Of a stretch of 64,000 nt of DNA, positions 41,568 through 50,636 are shown in pieces; positions within the stretch are counted from its first letter, which is position 1; each line of letters opens with the position of its first letter. The DNA is taken from the NCBI GenBank assembly GCA_963696985.1, contig CAVOMG010000002.1, positions 3,681 to 67,680 on the forward strand, in the 5' to 3' direction. This DNA is from an uncultured Thermoplasmata archaeon. Lineage in GTDB: Archaea > Thermoplasmatota > Thermoplasmata > Lutacidiplasmatales > UBA184. A program made the position numbers and the translations under genes. Under the pieces are notes generated by a model. That model searched no databases. It saw only the letters and a program-made list of their open reading frames with translations, and had not been told where the DNA came from.

Positions 41568-41630
41568 CGGGGCCGACCGGCGCCGGGTCTTGATAGTTCT
41601 GGTCCCGGTCTGTGGCCCAGCGGCGCCCGC

Positions 41631-42515
41631 CTACGCCCCACCGCCCCGGGTGAGCACCTCGGCCCCGTCCGGACGCACGAGGACGGTGTGCTCCCACTGC
41701 GCCACCAGACCCCCGCCCGCCTCGAGGAAGACCGGATAGCTCTGGAGCTGCCTGCGCACCGCCGGGAGCAGCACGCGTTCCCGGGGCGGGATCCAACGGG
41801 CGGTGAACGGAAGGGTCCGGAACCGCTCGAACCAGGCCCGCACCGCCGGCGGTGCCCCGGTCGGCTCGCGCCGGAACCGGACGATGTTGCCGAACGGGCC
41901 GTTCTCGATCTCGCCGGCGCCGTTCGAGGCGAACGGCTCGATGGCGACGATCTCCCCTTCCTCGAGATGGTCCGTGCTCATGCCGGAGGCGTTCGGGATC
42001 GCCTTGCCGGCGTGCAAGAGGTAGCGCTCGATGGTGTGGCCGGTGAGGTTGCGGACCGGCTTCAAGCCCCGGGCGTGGATCGCCCGCTCGATCGCGCCGG
42101 AGATCGCGTCCACGCTCGCCCCGGCCCGGACCTCGGCGATGCCGGCCTCGACGGCCTCGCGGACCGCGTTGCGGAGATGGTCGTGCCGATGGCCGCCCCC
42201 GACCTCCACGGTCTCGGCGGTGTCGGCGATCGCGCCCTCGAGGTGGGCCCCGACATCCACCTTGAGGAGGTCCCCCGCCACGAGGATCTCCTCATCCTCG
42301 GGAGGCGGGGTGAAGTGGGCCGCTTCGACGTTGCGGGAGAGGTTCGCCGGGAACGCCGGCTGGGCGCCGGCCGACCGGATCGCCTCCTCGATCGCCTCGG
42401 CGACCTCGCGACGCCGGGCGCCGGGGACCGCGGCGGCGGCGCCCACGGCCCGGGCGCGCGCGCTGATGCGGGCGGCCTCGCGCCACCGATCGAGATCCTC
42501 GGGATAGCGCGCCAA
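41631..42515 (-). CDS. map: Methionine aminopeptidase type II
   Basis: PAFPAN, AAHFTP, KVDVGAH, IADTA, NLTGH, AIEPF, QWEHT. Confidence 0.93.
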   Translation of the reverse strand: MARYPEDLDRWREAARISARARAVGAAAAVPGARRREVAEAIEEAIRSAGAQPAFPANLSRNVEAAHFTPPPEDEEILVAGDLLKVDVGAHLEGAIADTAETVEVGGGHRHDHLRNAVREAVEAGIAEVRAGASVDAISGAIERAIHARGLKPVRNLTGHTIERYLLHAGKAIPNASGMSTDHLEEGEIVAIEPFASNGAGEIENGPFGNIVRFRREPTGAPPAVRAWFERFRTLPFTARWIPPRERVLLPAVRRQLQSYPVFLEAGGGLVAQWEHTVLVRPDGAEVLTRGGGA

Positions 42516-42517
42516 CG

Positions 42518-43089
42518 TCAGCGCCTCCGGATCGGGCGGGGTCGCGCGCCGGTCAGGTCGAGGATCTCCGAGGGTCGGCCGCTCGGTTCGGGTTGCGCCG
42601 GGAGGTAGACGCGGACCCACCGCCCGAACGCCGCTCGCGCGGCCGCGGGCGTGGGGGCGGGAGGTTGTCCGTGCCGATTCGCCGAGGTCGAGACGATGGG
42701 GCCGGATCGACGGGCCAGGGCGCGCGCGGTCGGATGGTCGGGGATCCGGATCCCGATGGTCGCTCCCGGTCCGAGGACCGCGGGCGCGAGCTCCCGGCGC
42801 GCCCTCGGACTGGCCTTGAAGATCAGGGTGTAGGGCCCCGGCAACCGCGCGCGAACGATCGAACGGGCGCTCGGGTCGAGCACGGCCCACGGCTCGATCT
42901 CCTCGTAGGAGGAGACCGCGACGGAGAGGGGAGTCCCGGCCGGCCGCTCCTTCGCCGCGAGGAGTTTGGCGACGCCCTTCGGGCGGTCGGCGCGCGCTCC
43001 GAGTCCCAGAAGAGTGTCGGTCGGGTAGACGACGAGCTCCCCCGGTCGAGCGCCCGGACGGCGCGATCGATCGGGTCGGCGCCGCTCAC
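42518..43089 (-). CDS. tsaC: Threonylcarbamoyl-AMP synthase Sua5/TsaC (indel near 43040)
   Basis: VVYPTDT, K.R, PGPYT, IGIRIP, STSAN, PSEILD; GTG start overlaps the ndk stop. Confidence 0.9.
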
Positions 43090-43547
43090 GTGAACTCGCG
43101 GTCCGTCCGGTGGTACTCGACGTACTCCTGGGGTGTGAAGTAGAGTTCGAGCTCCCGGGCGGCCGAGGCCGGGGCATCCGAGGCGTGCACGAGGTTCGGG
43201 GTCATGGCGATCGCGAGGTCGCCGCGGATCGTGCCCGGAGCGGCGGTCTGCGGGTTCGTCGCGCCGACGATCAACCGCACGGTGGCGATCGCCCCGCGGC
43301 CCTCGATGGCCATGGCGAAGACCGGGCCCGAGGTGATGTGGCGGATCAGCCCGTCGTAGAACGGCTTCCCGACGTGCTCGGCGTAGTGCCGGGCCGCGAG
43401 CTCGGGCGAGACGGTCCGAAGCCGTCCGGCCACGATCTTGAGCCCCTTTTGCTCGAACCGGGCGACGATCTCCCCCACGAGCCCCCGCGCCACGCCGTCC
43501 GGCTTGACGAGGACGAGCGTCCGCTCGAGGCGCACCTCTTCGGCCAT
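43086..43547 (-). CDS. ndk: Nucleoside diphosphate kinase
   Basis: ERTLVLVKPDGV, HYAEH, GATNP, PGTIRGD, NLVHASD. Confidence 0.97.
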   Translation of the reverse strand: MAEEVRLERTLVLVKPDGVARGLVGEIVARFEQKGLKIVAGRLRTVSPELAARHYAEHVGKPFYDGLIRHITSGPVFAMAIEGRGAIATVRLIVGATNPQTAAPGTIRGDLAIAMTPNLVHASDAPASAARELELYFTPQEYVEYHRTDREFT

Positions 43548-43605
43548 CGCGCGGGGACGTACGCCCTCGCCAAAACGCTTTGGGCGGGCCCGGCTCGGCC
43601 CCCCG

Positions 43606-44425
43606 ATGGCGGGCGGAACGGAGCGAGTCCATCCGGCGGCCCGCGGGTTCGACCAGGGCGCCGAGGCGTACGAGCGGGGGCGGCCGGAGTATCCGGCCGA
43701 GGCCCTGATCTGCCTCATCACCGGCCTTCGGCTCGGCCCCGGGGTCGACGTGCTCGAGCTCGCCTCGGGAACGGGCAAGTTGACCCGCGGTCTCCTCGCT
43801 ACGGGGGCCCGCATCGTGGCGATCGAACCGAGCGCGGGGATGCGCCGGACGTTCGCGACGAAGGTCCCGGGCGTCGAGGTCCTCGATGGCACCGCCGAGG
43901 CGATCCCCCGACCCGACGCCTCCGCCGACGCCGTCGTCGTGGGTCAGGCCTTCCACTGGTTCCAGCCGGGGCCCACGCTCTCCGAGATCCACCGGGTCCT
44001 TCGACCGGGGGGAGGGCTTGGCCTCGTCTGGAACCGCCGGGACGAATCCGTTCCGTGGGTGGCGGAGTTCGGGAGGACGATCAATCGCCACCGGCGCCGG
44101 GACCCCCGACTCGTCGGACCGGGGCTGGCAGCCGGGGTTCGACCCGGCGAGCGGGTTCGCCCCCCTCGAATCGTTCCGGTTCCGCTTCGAACACGAGGAA
44201 TCGGTGGATCAGGTCGTCGATCGGGCGGTCTCGGTGAGCTTCGTCGCGTTGCAACCCCCCGAGGTGCGCACCCGCCTCGCGGAGCAGGTCCGGGCCTTCC
44301 TTTCGAAACTGCCCGAGACCCAGGGTCGTGGGACGATACGGTTCCCCTACCGTACGGAGGTCTACCTCACCCACCGGGTCGACCGGTCGGGGAGCGGGGC
44401 CCGGGCATCGCACGAGGGCCGGTAG
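43606..44425 (+). CDS. Class I SAM-dependent methyltransferase (indel near 44090)
   Basis: YERGRPEYP, VLELASGTGKLT, QAFHWF, RVLRPGG, FPYRT. Confidence 0.88.
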
Positions 44426-44907
44426 CGGCACCCGGCGCATTTCGCCGGCGAGGGGTCCGCCCGCCCATCGTAGGGTCGGGCGATCGCCCGCCGGATCCTA
44501 AGGAGGCTCGCCCGGGCCTCGTCGTCCCAGTCGAGACGGTACTCCGTTCCGTCGCCGTATCGAAGGATCCCGTACGGGGGCCGGAATCCGGTGACGTCCT
44601 CGAGCAAGAGGCAGTAGGCCCAGACCTGGACCTGGTGGGAGAGGGGCACGGCGCGGGCGGGGGGGGCCCGGGTCTTCCACTCGACGGGCACGGGTCGGCC
44701 GTCGCGGAGTCGACGGACCTCGTCCGGGCGGCCGACCAACCGGTAACGCGGGGAGGCGAAACCGCCGCCCCGGCCCGCGTCGTCGACGTACATGAGCCGG
44801 CCGCGCCGGCGGCCTGCCCGGAACCGGGCGAGCTCCCAGGCCCCGCCGGCGATGAGCGCGCCGGCGAACGCGAGGATGCCGGCCTCGAAAAGGAGGCCCG
44901 CGCTCAC
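44362..44907 (-). CDS. cas4: Cas4-like nuclease, C-terminal part with an N-terminal TM helix
   Basis: TM (GLLFEAGILAFAGALIAGGAW), then LVGRPD, PVEWKT, HQVQVWAYCLL, KCAGCRYRPSC; GTGA overlap with the upstream gene. Confidence 0.8.
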   Translation of the reverse strand: MSAGLLFEAGILAFAGALIAGGAWELARFRAGRRRGRLMYVDDAGRGGGFASPRYRLVGRPDEVRRLRDGRPVPVEWKTRAPPARAVPLSHQVQVWAYCLLLEDVTGFRPPYGILRYGDGTEYRLDWDDEARASLLRIRRAIARPYDGRADPSPAKCAGCRYRPSCDARAPLPDRSTRWVR

Positions 44908-45182
44908 AGGATCCCCGCGACGAACAGGACGAGGAGGAGCAGCGCCACGCCGGCGGCTATGGCGAGCGCCGCGGTCGACCCCGCTTCTTCGCTCCGCCGG
45001 ACCGCGGTCAGTCGCCGCCGGTGAAAGTCCGCACCGGCCGCGGCGGAGCGCTCCGAGGCGGCGGAGGTCGGGCCGTCCGGCGGATGGTGGCGGTACCACT
45101 GGGCTCGAGGGCAGTAGGCGTACTCGGCCAGATCGCTGACCGAGAGCCAGGGGAGGGGTTCCTCCGAGGGGACGTGGGCCAC
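44904..45182 (-). CDS. Cas4-like N-terminal fragment with a C-terminal TM helix
   Basis: LSVSDLAEYAYCPRAQWY and G..FH (Cas4 N-terminal Cys and helix motifs), then ALAIAAGVALLLLVLFVAGIL. Confidence 0.75.
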   Translation of the reverse strand: MAHVPSEEPLPWLSVSDLAEYAYCPRAQWYRHHPPDGPTSAASERSAAAGADFHRRRLTAVRRSEEAGSTAALAIAAGVALLLLVLFVAGIL

Positions 45183-45276
45183 GAGTCGCTCGAGTCCTCG
45201 CCGGGCCTTTCAACGTGCGCCTTCCATTGGACGAAGGGGGCACCGCCGAAGCGGCGGGCGGGAGGAGGCCGCCGTT

Positions 45277-45876
45277 TCAGGGGTTCTCGGACTTCGCCGC
45301 GGAGCGCTTCGATCCCTTCTTCGCGGCGGACTTGGCGTCGGCGTCCTTGGCCTCGGATCTCTTCCCGCCGGACGACTCCGCCGGCGGGGCCCTCGCGGGC
45401 GCGGGAGAGGTCGGGGACGAAGAGGATTCGGGAGGCTTCGCTGTGCCGGCCGGCGCAGGAGCCGACACCGGCGCCTCCGATGAAGGGGTCGAGCGTTCCG
45501 AAGCCGGGGGGGCGGCGGGCTTCGGCGCCGGCGCGGGTTTCGTCGCTGCGGCTGCCGGCTCGGCGGTCGAGGGCGCCGGGCCCACCGCCGGGACCTCCTT
45601 CGCCTTCGGGCGGGGCGACTGGGTTCGGGGCGCTGGAACGGGCGGGGCGGCGGCGCTCTTCGCCCGGGCCGTCGCGTGGCTGTGCTCCGCCGCGAGCTTC
45701 GTCGCGTGGGCCTTCGTCCACTTCAGGCGGTGCCCGACGCGGCCGAGGTTGAGCTGCTGCTTCCGGCAGGAGGAGGAGCAGAACTGGAAGACGGATCCGT
45801 CGCGCTTGACGTAGAGCGTTCCGGTCCCGGGCTCGATCTCCCCGGCGCAGAACGAGCACTGGCGCTTGACGACCAT
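45277..45876 (-). CDS. rpl24e: 50S ribosomal protein L24e with a long Ala/Pro/Lys tail
   Basis: CSFC..EIEPGTG...FCSSSC...LKWT. Confidence 0.95.
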   Translation of the reverse strand: MVVKRQCSFCAGEIEPGTGTLYVKRDGSVFQFCSSSCRKQQLNLGRVGHRLKWTKAHATKLAAEHSHATARAKSAAAPPVPAPRTQSPRPKAKEVPAVGPAPSTAEPAAAATKPAPAPKPAAPPASERSTPSSEAPVSAPAPAGTAKPPESSSSPTSPAPARAPPAESSGGKRSEAKDADAKSAAKKGSKRSAAKSENP

Positions 45877-45891
45877 GACCGAGCGCTCCCT

Positions 45892-46104
45892 CTACCGGAC
45901 CGAGAGCTTGCGGGCCTCGCGCGCGGTCTCTCGGAGGATCAGCACGTCACCGAGCCGGATGGGGCCGGCGACATTGCGGGTGATGATCTTGCCGCGGTCG
46001 CGCCCGGCGAGGACGCGGACCTTCACCTGGGTCGCCTCGCCGGCCATCCCCGTGCGGCCGATCAGCTCGACGACCTCGGCCGGCGAACCCTTCTCTTCGA
46101 CCAT
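45892..46104 (-). CDS. rps28e: 30S ribosomal protein S28e
   Basis: [27 protein letters not shown]. Confidence 0.97.
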   Translation of the reverse strand: MVEEKGSPAEVVELIGRTGMAGEATQVKVRVLAGRDRGKIITRNVAGPIRLGDVLILRETAREARKLSVR

Positions 46105-46132
46105 GGTTGGCTCTCGGAACGCGCGCGGTGGC

Positions 46133-46504
46133 TCACTTCTTGAGCGTGGGGACGCTCTGGGCGATCTCCTCGAGCAGGCCCTTGCCCTCGCCGGCCTCGA
46201 CGATCGCGACGCTCGCCGCGGACTTCGTCAGCCCGGCCGACTGGCCGAGGCGCTGCTTCTTCGGCACGTAGAGGTAGGGGATCCGCTTCTCCTCGCAGAG
46301 CATCGGTACGTGGACGAGGATCTCGACGGGATCGACGTCCTCGGCCATGATCACGAGCTTCGCCTCGGCGCGCTCGCTCGACTTCGTGACCTCGTTGGTG
46401 CCGATGCGCAGCTTGCCCGTCTCGCTCGCGATCTGGACGAGCTGGAGGGCCTTCTCGGAGAGTTCGGACGGAGTCTCGAACCGGACGTAAATCGGTCGCG
46501 CCAT
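46133..46504 (-). CDS. rpl7ae: 50S ribosomal protein L7Ae
   Basis: GTNEVTK..ER, MAEDVDP.EI. Confidence 0.97.
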   Translation of the reverse strand: MARPIYVRFETPSELSEKALQLVQIASETGKLRIGTNEVTKSSERAEAKLVIMAEDVDPVEILVHVPMLCEEKRIPYLYVPKKQRLGQSAGLTKSAASVAIVEAGEGKGLLEEIAQSVPTLKK

Positions 46505-46624
46505 CGTTGCACCTCGCGTCAGCGGAACCCGGTTAGGGCCCTCGGCTCACGGGTAGGGTCGCGGTATCGGACGGGGTATATAGCGTCCCCGCCGGGCGGA
46601 TCGTGGTCGCGTCGTCGTAAGCGC

Positions 46625-47905
46625 TCACCTTTCTGGTGGGGAAGGCTCCATCCTTAACTCTTCCCGACCTTTGGGAGGCGCTTCGCCTCCGGTGAGACTC
46701 CATTCGCGGCTCCCCGAGCGAGCTCGCCGGACTTGGTAGACCGTTCGGTCCCCCGACCCCGGTGGAGGCTCCCTCTCCCCGCGCGTCAGTTCAGTCGGCT
46801 TCCGGCTTACCTCGAGACATCCTCTTTCGAGAATGTTGCGAGCGGCGTTCCAATCGCGGTCCATCCGGTGGCCCCCGGGGCACACGAATTCCCGCTGCTC
46901 CAGCGTCAATGGTGGATCAGCCCTGTGGCCGCAGATCGAGCAGGTCTGCGTGGTCCCCTCCGAGGGGACCTCCACATACCGTCCCGACCGCATCGCCATC
47001 TTGTAGCGGCTCATTGTCCTCAGCATCCCCCACCCGGCGTCCGCGAACGACCGGGCGAGCGGTCCTCTCGATAGGCGGGTCACGTCGAGATCCTCGAAGG
47101 CGATCAGGTCGTGCCGCGACGCCCACCGGGAGGTGAGCTGGTGGGCGAAGTCTCGACGCTGTCGTCGGACCTTCGCATGGCACCTCGCCACCTTCTCCCG
47201 CTGCCGCTCCCGACGATGGGAACCCGGGCGCTTGCGCGCCAGCGACCGCTGGGCCCGGGCCAGGCGCCTCTCCGCCTTACGGAGATACTTCGGGGGATCG
47301 GTGGTGGTGCCCTCGGAGAGCGTGGCGAGGTGGGTGAGCCCCAAGTCGACTCCCACGGGGTTCTCCGGGGGACCCGGGGGAGCGCCCGGTGGGTCCGGGA
47401 TCGCATAGGCGAGCGCGATGTACCAGGCGCCGGCCTCGTGGGTCACGATCGCCTTCTTCAAGACGCCGTTCGCGGGGACGGACCGGTGGTGGACGTAAGG
47501 GATGGAGCCAAGCTTGGGGAGGCGGACCGTCCGGGTTCGGACGGTCACGGAGTCGGGTTGTCCGAAGGTGAAGGATCGGATCTCTCGGCGGAACCTCGGA
47601 TAACCGGGAGACCCTCCCTGCCCGATTCGGTGGAAGAACGCTCGGAAGGCGAGGTCGACGCGCTGGAGGACGTCGCGGGCCGGGTCGTCGGGTAGACTCC
47701 CGAGACCCTCCGAGTCGAAGGCCCTCCAACGGGCGAGGGAGGATTGCTGCTCGAGGTAGGAAAGGGAGCGGTGTTCGTTCTGCCAGGCGGTGCGGCGCTG
47801 TTCGAGAGCGTAATTATGGAGGAACCGGAGCTCCTTGAGCCACCGGAGGAGCTCGCGCTCGACGGAGGAGTTGGGGCGAAGCCGGAACTGGAAGGTGAGG
47901 AACAT
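46625..47905 (-). CDS. tnpB: RNA-guided endonuclease TnpB (IS1341-type, no tnpA)
   Basis: FQFRLRP, RuvC motifs GVDLG, AFEDL, DRDWNAARNI; zinc finger CSIC..CPGGH. Confidence 0.93.
   Translation of the reverse strand: MFLTFQFRLRPNSSVERELLRWLKELRFLHNYALEQRRTAWQNEHRSLSYLEQQSSLARWRAFDSEGLGSLPDDPARDVLQRVDLAFRAFFHRIGQGGSPGYPRFRREIRSFTFGQPDSVTVRTRTVRLPKLGSIPYVHHRSVPANGVLKKAIVTHEAGAWYIALAYAIPDPPGAPPGPPENPVGVDLGLTHLATLSEGTTTDPPKYLRKAERRLARAQRSLARKRPGSHRRERQREKVARCHAKVRRQRRDFAHQLTSRWASRHDLIAFEDLDVTRLSRGPLARSFADAGWGMLRTMSRYKMAMRSGRYVEVPSEGTTQTCSICGHRADPPLTLEQREFVCPGGHRMDRDWNAARNILERGCLEVSRKPTELTRGEREPPPGSGDRTVYQVRRARSGSREWSLTGGEAPPKGREELRMEPSPPER
46634..46800 (-). ncRNA. Putative TnpB omegaRNA / IS200-605 right end
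   Basis: Hairpin GGAGGCG-AAG-CGCCTCC (46674-46690), then GGGAAGAGTTAA ending at 46654; the candidate guide starts at 46653. The 5' boundary is a guess. Confidence 0.5.
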
Positions 47906-48027
47906 CGCGCGCGGGAGGGGAGCGAGGCGGGTTCATTCTTCCCCAGCCGGTGAAACGTGGAAGATGAGTTCGCGAGTAGAGGATTTTCGTCCGAACCCGC
48001 CGAACGCGATCCACGCTAGCCAGAAAG

Positions 48028-48837
48028 GTGACTAGATACCTCGATTCTAAGTTTCCCTGCTCCGTGCCCAGGATGATGTCGGCCCCGATCTCGGAAGTCG
48101 AAGCTTGGCAGGTCTTGGGCGACCTTGTCAAGGTTGCACAGAGCCAGTTGGGGGCCCGCCTGGTTTGCCTTAGCGCGTTCGGGAGCCTGGTGAACGGGGA
48201 TTACGTCCCGGGGTTCAGCGACATCGATCAGGTCATTGTCATCCGTGCGGGATCCGAAAAAGAGGGGAGCGTCGAGGCGGCGAACGCGGCGGTCCGAAGT
48301 ATCAACTATCGTCGCGGAAGGTTCCACGATTGCCTGCACGAGGGCTACGTCGTGTCCCGAGAGGCCCTCTGGAGCCGGGATTTCGACAGTGAGGAGGGGT
48401 TGGTCCTTCGAGACGTCATCGACCTCGCCCTCCACGGGAGGACCTTGGTCGGCGATCACATTTGGCCCCGGATCCACCGACCCACGGTCGAGGAACTCCG
48501 CGAGTCGGTCGTCTGCGGGGTCTTCTGGATCCCGAAGAGGCTCCCGAACCTGAAATCCATTCTCAACTGCATCTTTGCGGTCGGAGGCGCGAGGTTCTAC
48601 TGCACGACCGGCACGATGACCTGGACGAAGAGGGATCTCGCCCGGGCGTACTCGAGTCGGCGAGACCTACCGTTCGGTGACCTGGTCGCGGAGGCCGAGA
48701 ACCTTCGAAGGAAAGGGGCGATCCCGCCGGAAGAGGCGGCGGCCGCCCTGAAGAGACTAAAGTCCCCGTACCGAGAATTCCTCGAAGAGACCCGCACGTG
48801 GATGGCCGAATCCAGTACTTGGCAACCGGCCGCCTGA
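48028..48837 (+). CDS. Pol-beta-type nucleotidyltransferase (aminoglycoside adenylyltransferase-like); 3' end cut by ISH3
   Basis: FGSLVNGDYVPGFSDIDQVIV (GS...DxD); the original frame resumes after the IS and runs to 50454. Confidence 0.7.
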   Translation: MTRYLDSKFPCSVPRMMSAPISEVEAWQVLGDLVKVAQSQLGARLVCLSAFGSLVNGDYVPGFSDIDQVIVIRAGSEKEGSVEAANAAVRSINYRRGRFHDCLHEGYVVSREALWSRDFDSEEGLVLRDVIDLALHGRTLVGDHIWPRIHRPTVEELRESVVCGVFWIPKRLPNLKSILNCIFAVGGARFYCTTGTMTWTKRDLARAYSSRRDLPFGDLVAEAENLRRKGAIPPEEAAAALKRLKSPYREFLEETRTWMAESSTWQPAA

Positions 48838-50229
48838 CGTGAGCTGACGACTTCTCGGGGGGTTCTTGGCCCCCGTCTTTTCCGATGGAGATGGGCGTTG
48901 AAGAGGGGGTCGCCGCGGACGATTCAGTGTGTCGCCAAACCGCCGCGGCGGCGGTCTTTCGACCGCAGCGAGGAGAGCTCGCCTCCGAGAGAAATACCCT
49001 CCGCTCCGCCGGACCCGTTGGCGTCCGAGGACCCTCGCCGATCGGCAGGTCCGCTCGACCGCCCTCGCCTGGCTCCTCCCCTTCCTGAAAGGCGCCCTCT
49101 GGCGCTCCTTCCGACCCTCCACCCTCTACGATACCGCCGACCTCCTCCTCCGCGCCGCCGTCCTGAGAGCTTCGGTCCATCGGGCCCGCGCGCAGTGCCG
49201 ACGAGGGCACTCCGACCGCACCGCTCGGTGGCTCTTCGGTCATCTCGGGATCGGACGGACTCAACGTTCCCTCACCCTGACACTCCGACGACAAGTCCGT
49301 CCGCACATCCCCCCAGAGCCCGTCGATGTCGCCATCGACTTCCACGACCGACCGTACTACGGTCACCCCCAAGACCCCCATCGGCGCCAGTATGTCCGGA
49401 CAAAGGAGGAGCGGGGCACTCACCGGGCCCACCGCTTCTCCTCCCTCTCGATCCTCCTCCCCCGATACCGCCTCATCGTCTCCCTCCGGTTCCACCCGAA
49501 GAACGGCGGGACCCTCGCCGCTGTTCGGGCGGCGCTTCACGACTTCCAGATGGCGGGCGGGAAGCTCCGGGCCATCTTCCTCGATCGCGGGTTCTACAAC
49601 TACGCCGTCCTCTCGTGGTTGAAGGCGCAGGGGATCACGGCGGTGGTTCCCCTCCGCCTCGGATCTCGCCAGCGGAAGCGGTGGGAGCACGGTCAGCGCT
49701 CCTACACCACCACGCACACGCTGAAGGGTCCCCGGCGGGGGGACCCGCCCCTCGAGCTGCCGATCCACGTCGTTGTGCGCTACCAGATGGGAAAGAAGTG
49801 GAACCGCCATGGGTGCCAGTACCTGATCTACGCGGTGCTCGGGGAGATGGGGCTCGAGGAGGTGGCCGACCGCTATCGTGGGAGGTTCGGCATCGAGTCC
49901 AGCTATAGGATTCTCGGGCAAGCTCTCGCCCGAACGTCGAGCCGTTCCCCGGCGCTCCGTCTCCTTCAGGTCGGGGTCGGCATGATGCTCCAGAACGAGT
50001 GGGTGATCCTTCGACTGCTCTACGCCAGCGAGGGTCGGCAGGGTCCGGTGGGGTTCCGCATCAACGAGGAGATGCTCCGCTTCGAGGATCTGCTGCAGAT
50101 GTTGATGCGGGCGGTGGGCTACCGTCTCGGCAACCTCACGGCAGTCACAAACCATCGACGGTTACCACCCCGTCTCCGTCGTCAGGGGTTAACTATCCCA
50201 CCAGAACTGTGAACGTTGCCAAGTACCTG
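48813..50229 (+). mobile_element. ISH3-family insertion sequence
   Basis: TIRs CAGTACTTGGCAAC (48813-26) and GTTGCCAAGTAC(C)TG (50215-29); 5-bp GAATC duplication at 48808-12 and 50230-34. Confidence 0.88.
48929..50212 (+). CDS. ISH3-family transposase
   Basis: VAIDFH, FLDRGFY, YRGRFGIESSYR. Confidence 0.9.
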   Translation: MSPNRRGGGLSTAARRARLREKYPPLRRTRWRPRTLADRQVRSTALAWLLPFLKGALWRSFRPSTLYDTADLLLRAAVLRASVHRARAQCRRGHSDRTARWLFGHLGIGRTQRSLTLTLRRQVRPHIPPEPVDVAIDFHDRPYYGHPQDPHRRQYVRTKEERGTHRAHRFSSLSILLPRYRLIVSLRFHPKNGGTLAAVRAALHDFQMAGGKLRAIFLDRGFYNYAVLSWLKAQGITAVVPLRLGSRQRKRWEHGQRSYTTTHTLKGPRRGDPPLELPIHVVVRYQMGKKWNRHGCQYLIYAVLGEMGLEEVADRYRGRFGIESSYRILGQALARTSSRSPALRLLQVGVGMMLQNEWVILRLLYASEGRQGPVGFRINEEMLRFEDLLQMLMRAVGYRLGNLTAVTNHRRLPPRLRRQGLTIPPEL

Positions 50230-50636
50230 GAATCCGGACTCAATCGGCTCCACTCAGTCCGGACCAAGGTGCCGGGAGTCACATCCGACGCGGATGGGTT
50301 CTCCCCCCTCCCGGGTAGTTCCCATGGCGAGACCGGAAGTACGGTTTCGGGGACCCTAGTGGTCGGTTCACGAGGAAGAGTCGCTCCTGGGGCAGAGCTT
50401 GACCCTACTCGATTGTCAGGGTTGGGCGCTCCCCCCCGCGCCGCCGCCGCCTGACCGTGTCTCGGGGCCCAAAGAGGTTCGAAGACCCTCACGGCCTTGA
50501 ACGTGCCTCGCCCGAGTGGAGGGAGTGTGGTTCGATCCGGCCCAGTCCGAGGGGAGGATCGGGCTCGCCTAGGTGCGTGGAGACGGGCGCGGACCGCTGG
50601 AGGGGTGAACAGTTCCGAGCTCCGACCGACGCTCGC

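Noticed and set aside
20938-45024. Long alternative-frame ORFs (e.g. 39552-42608, 37385-39370, 24336-26297, the upstream part of 36058-39678)
   Set aside because: They are Arg/Pro/Gly-rich shadow frames of well-supported genes in very GC-rich DNA.
12571-45182. CRISPR-Cas locus suggested by the two Cas4-like nucleases
   Set aside because: No repeat-spacer array and no cas1/cas2 or effector genes in the window.
47500-47509. 10-nt match of the TnpB guide start (GGATGGAGCC) inside tnpB, suggesting self-targeting
   Set aside because: Too short to exceed chance in this much sequence, and the match stops at 10 nt.
50520-50545. tRNA-like GGTTCGATCC
   Set aside because: No cloverleaf, acceptor stem or D-arm around it.
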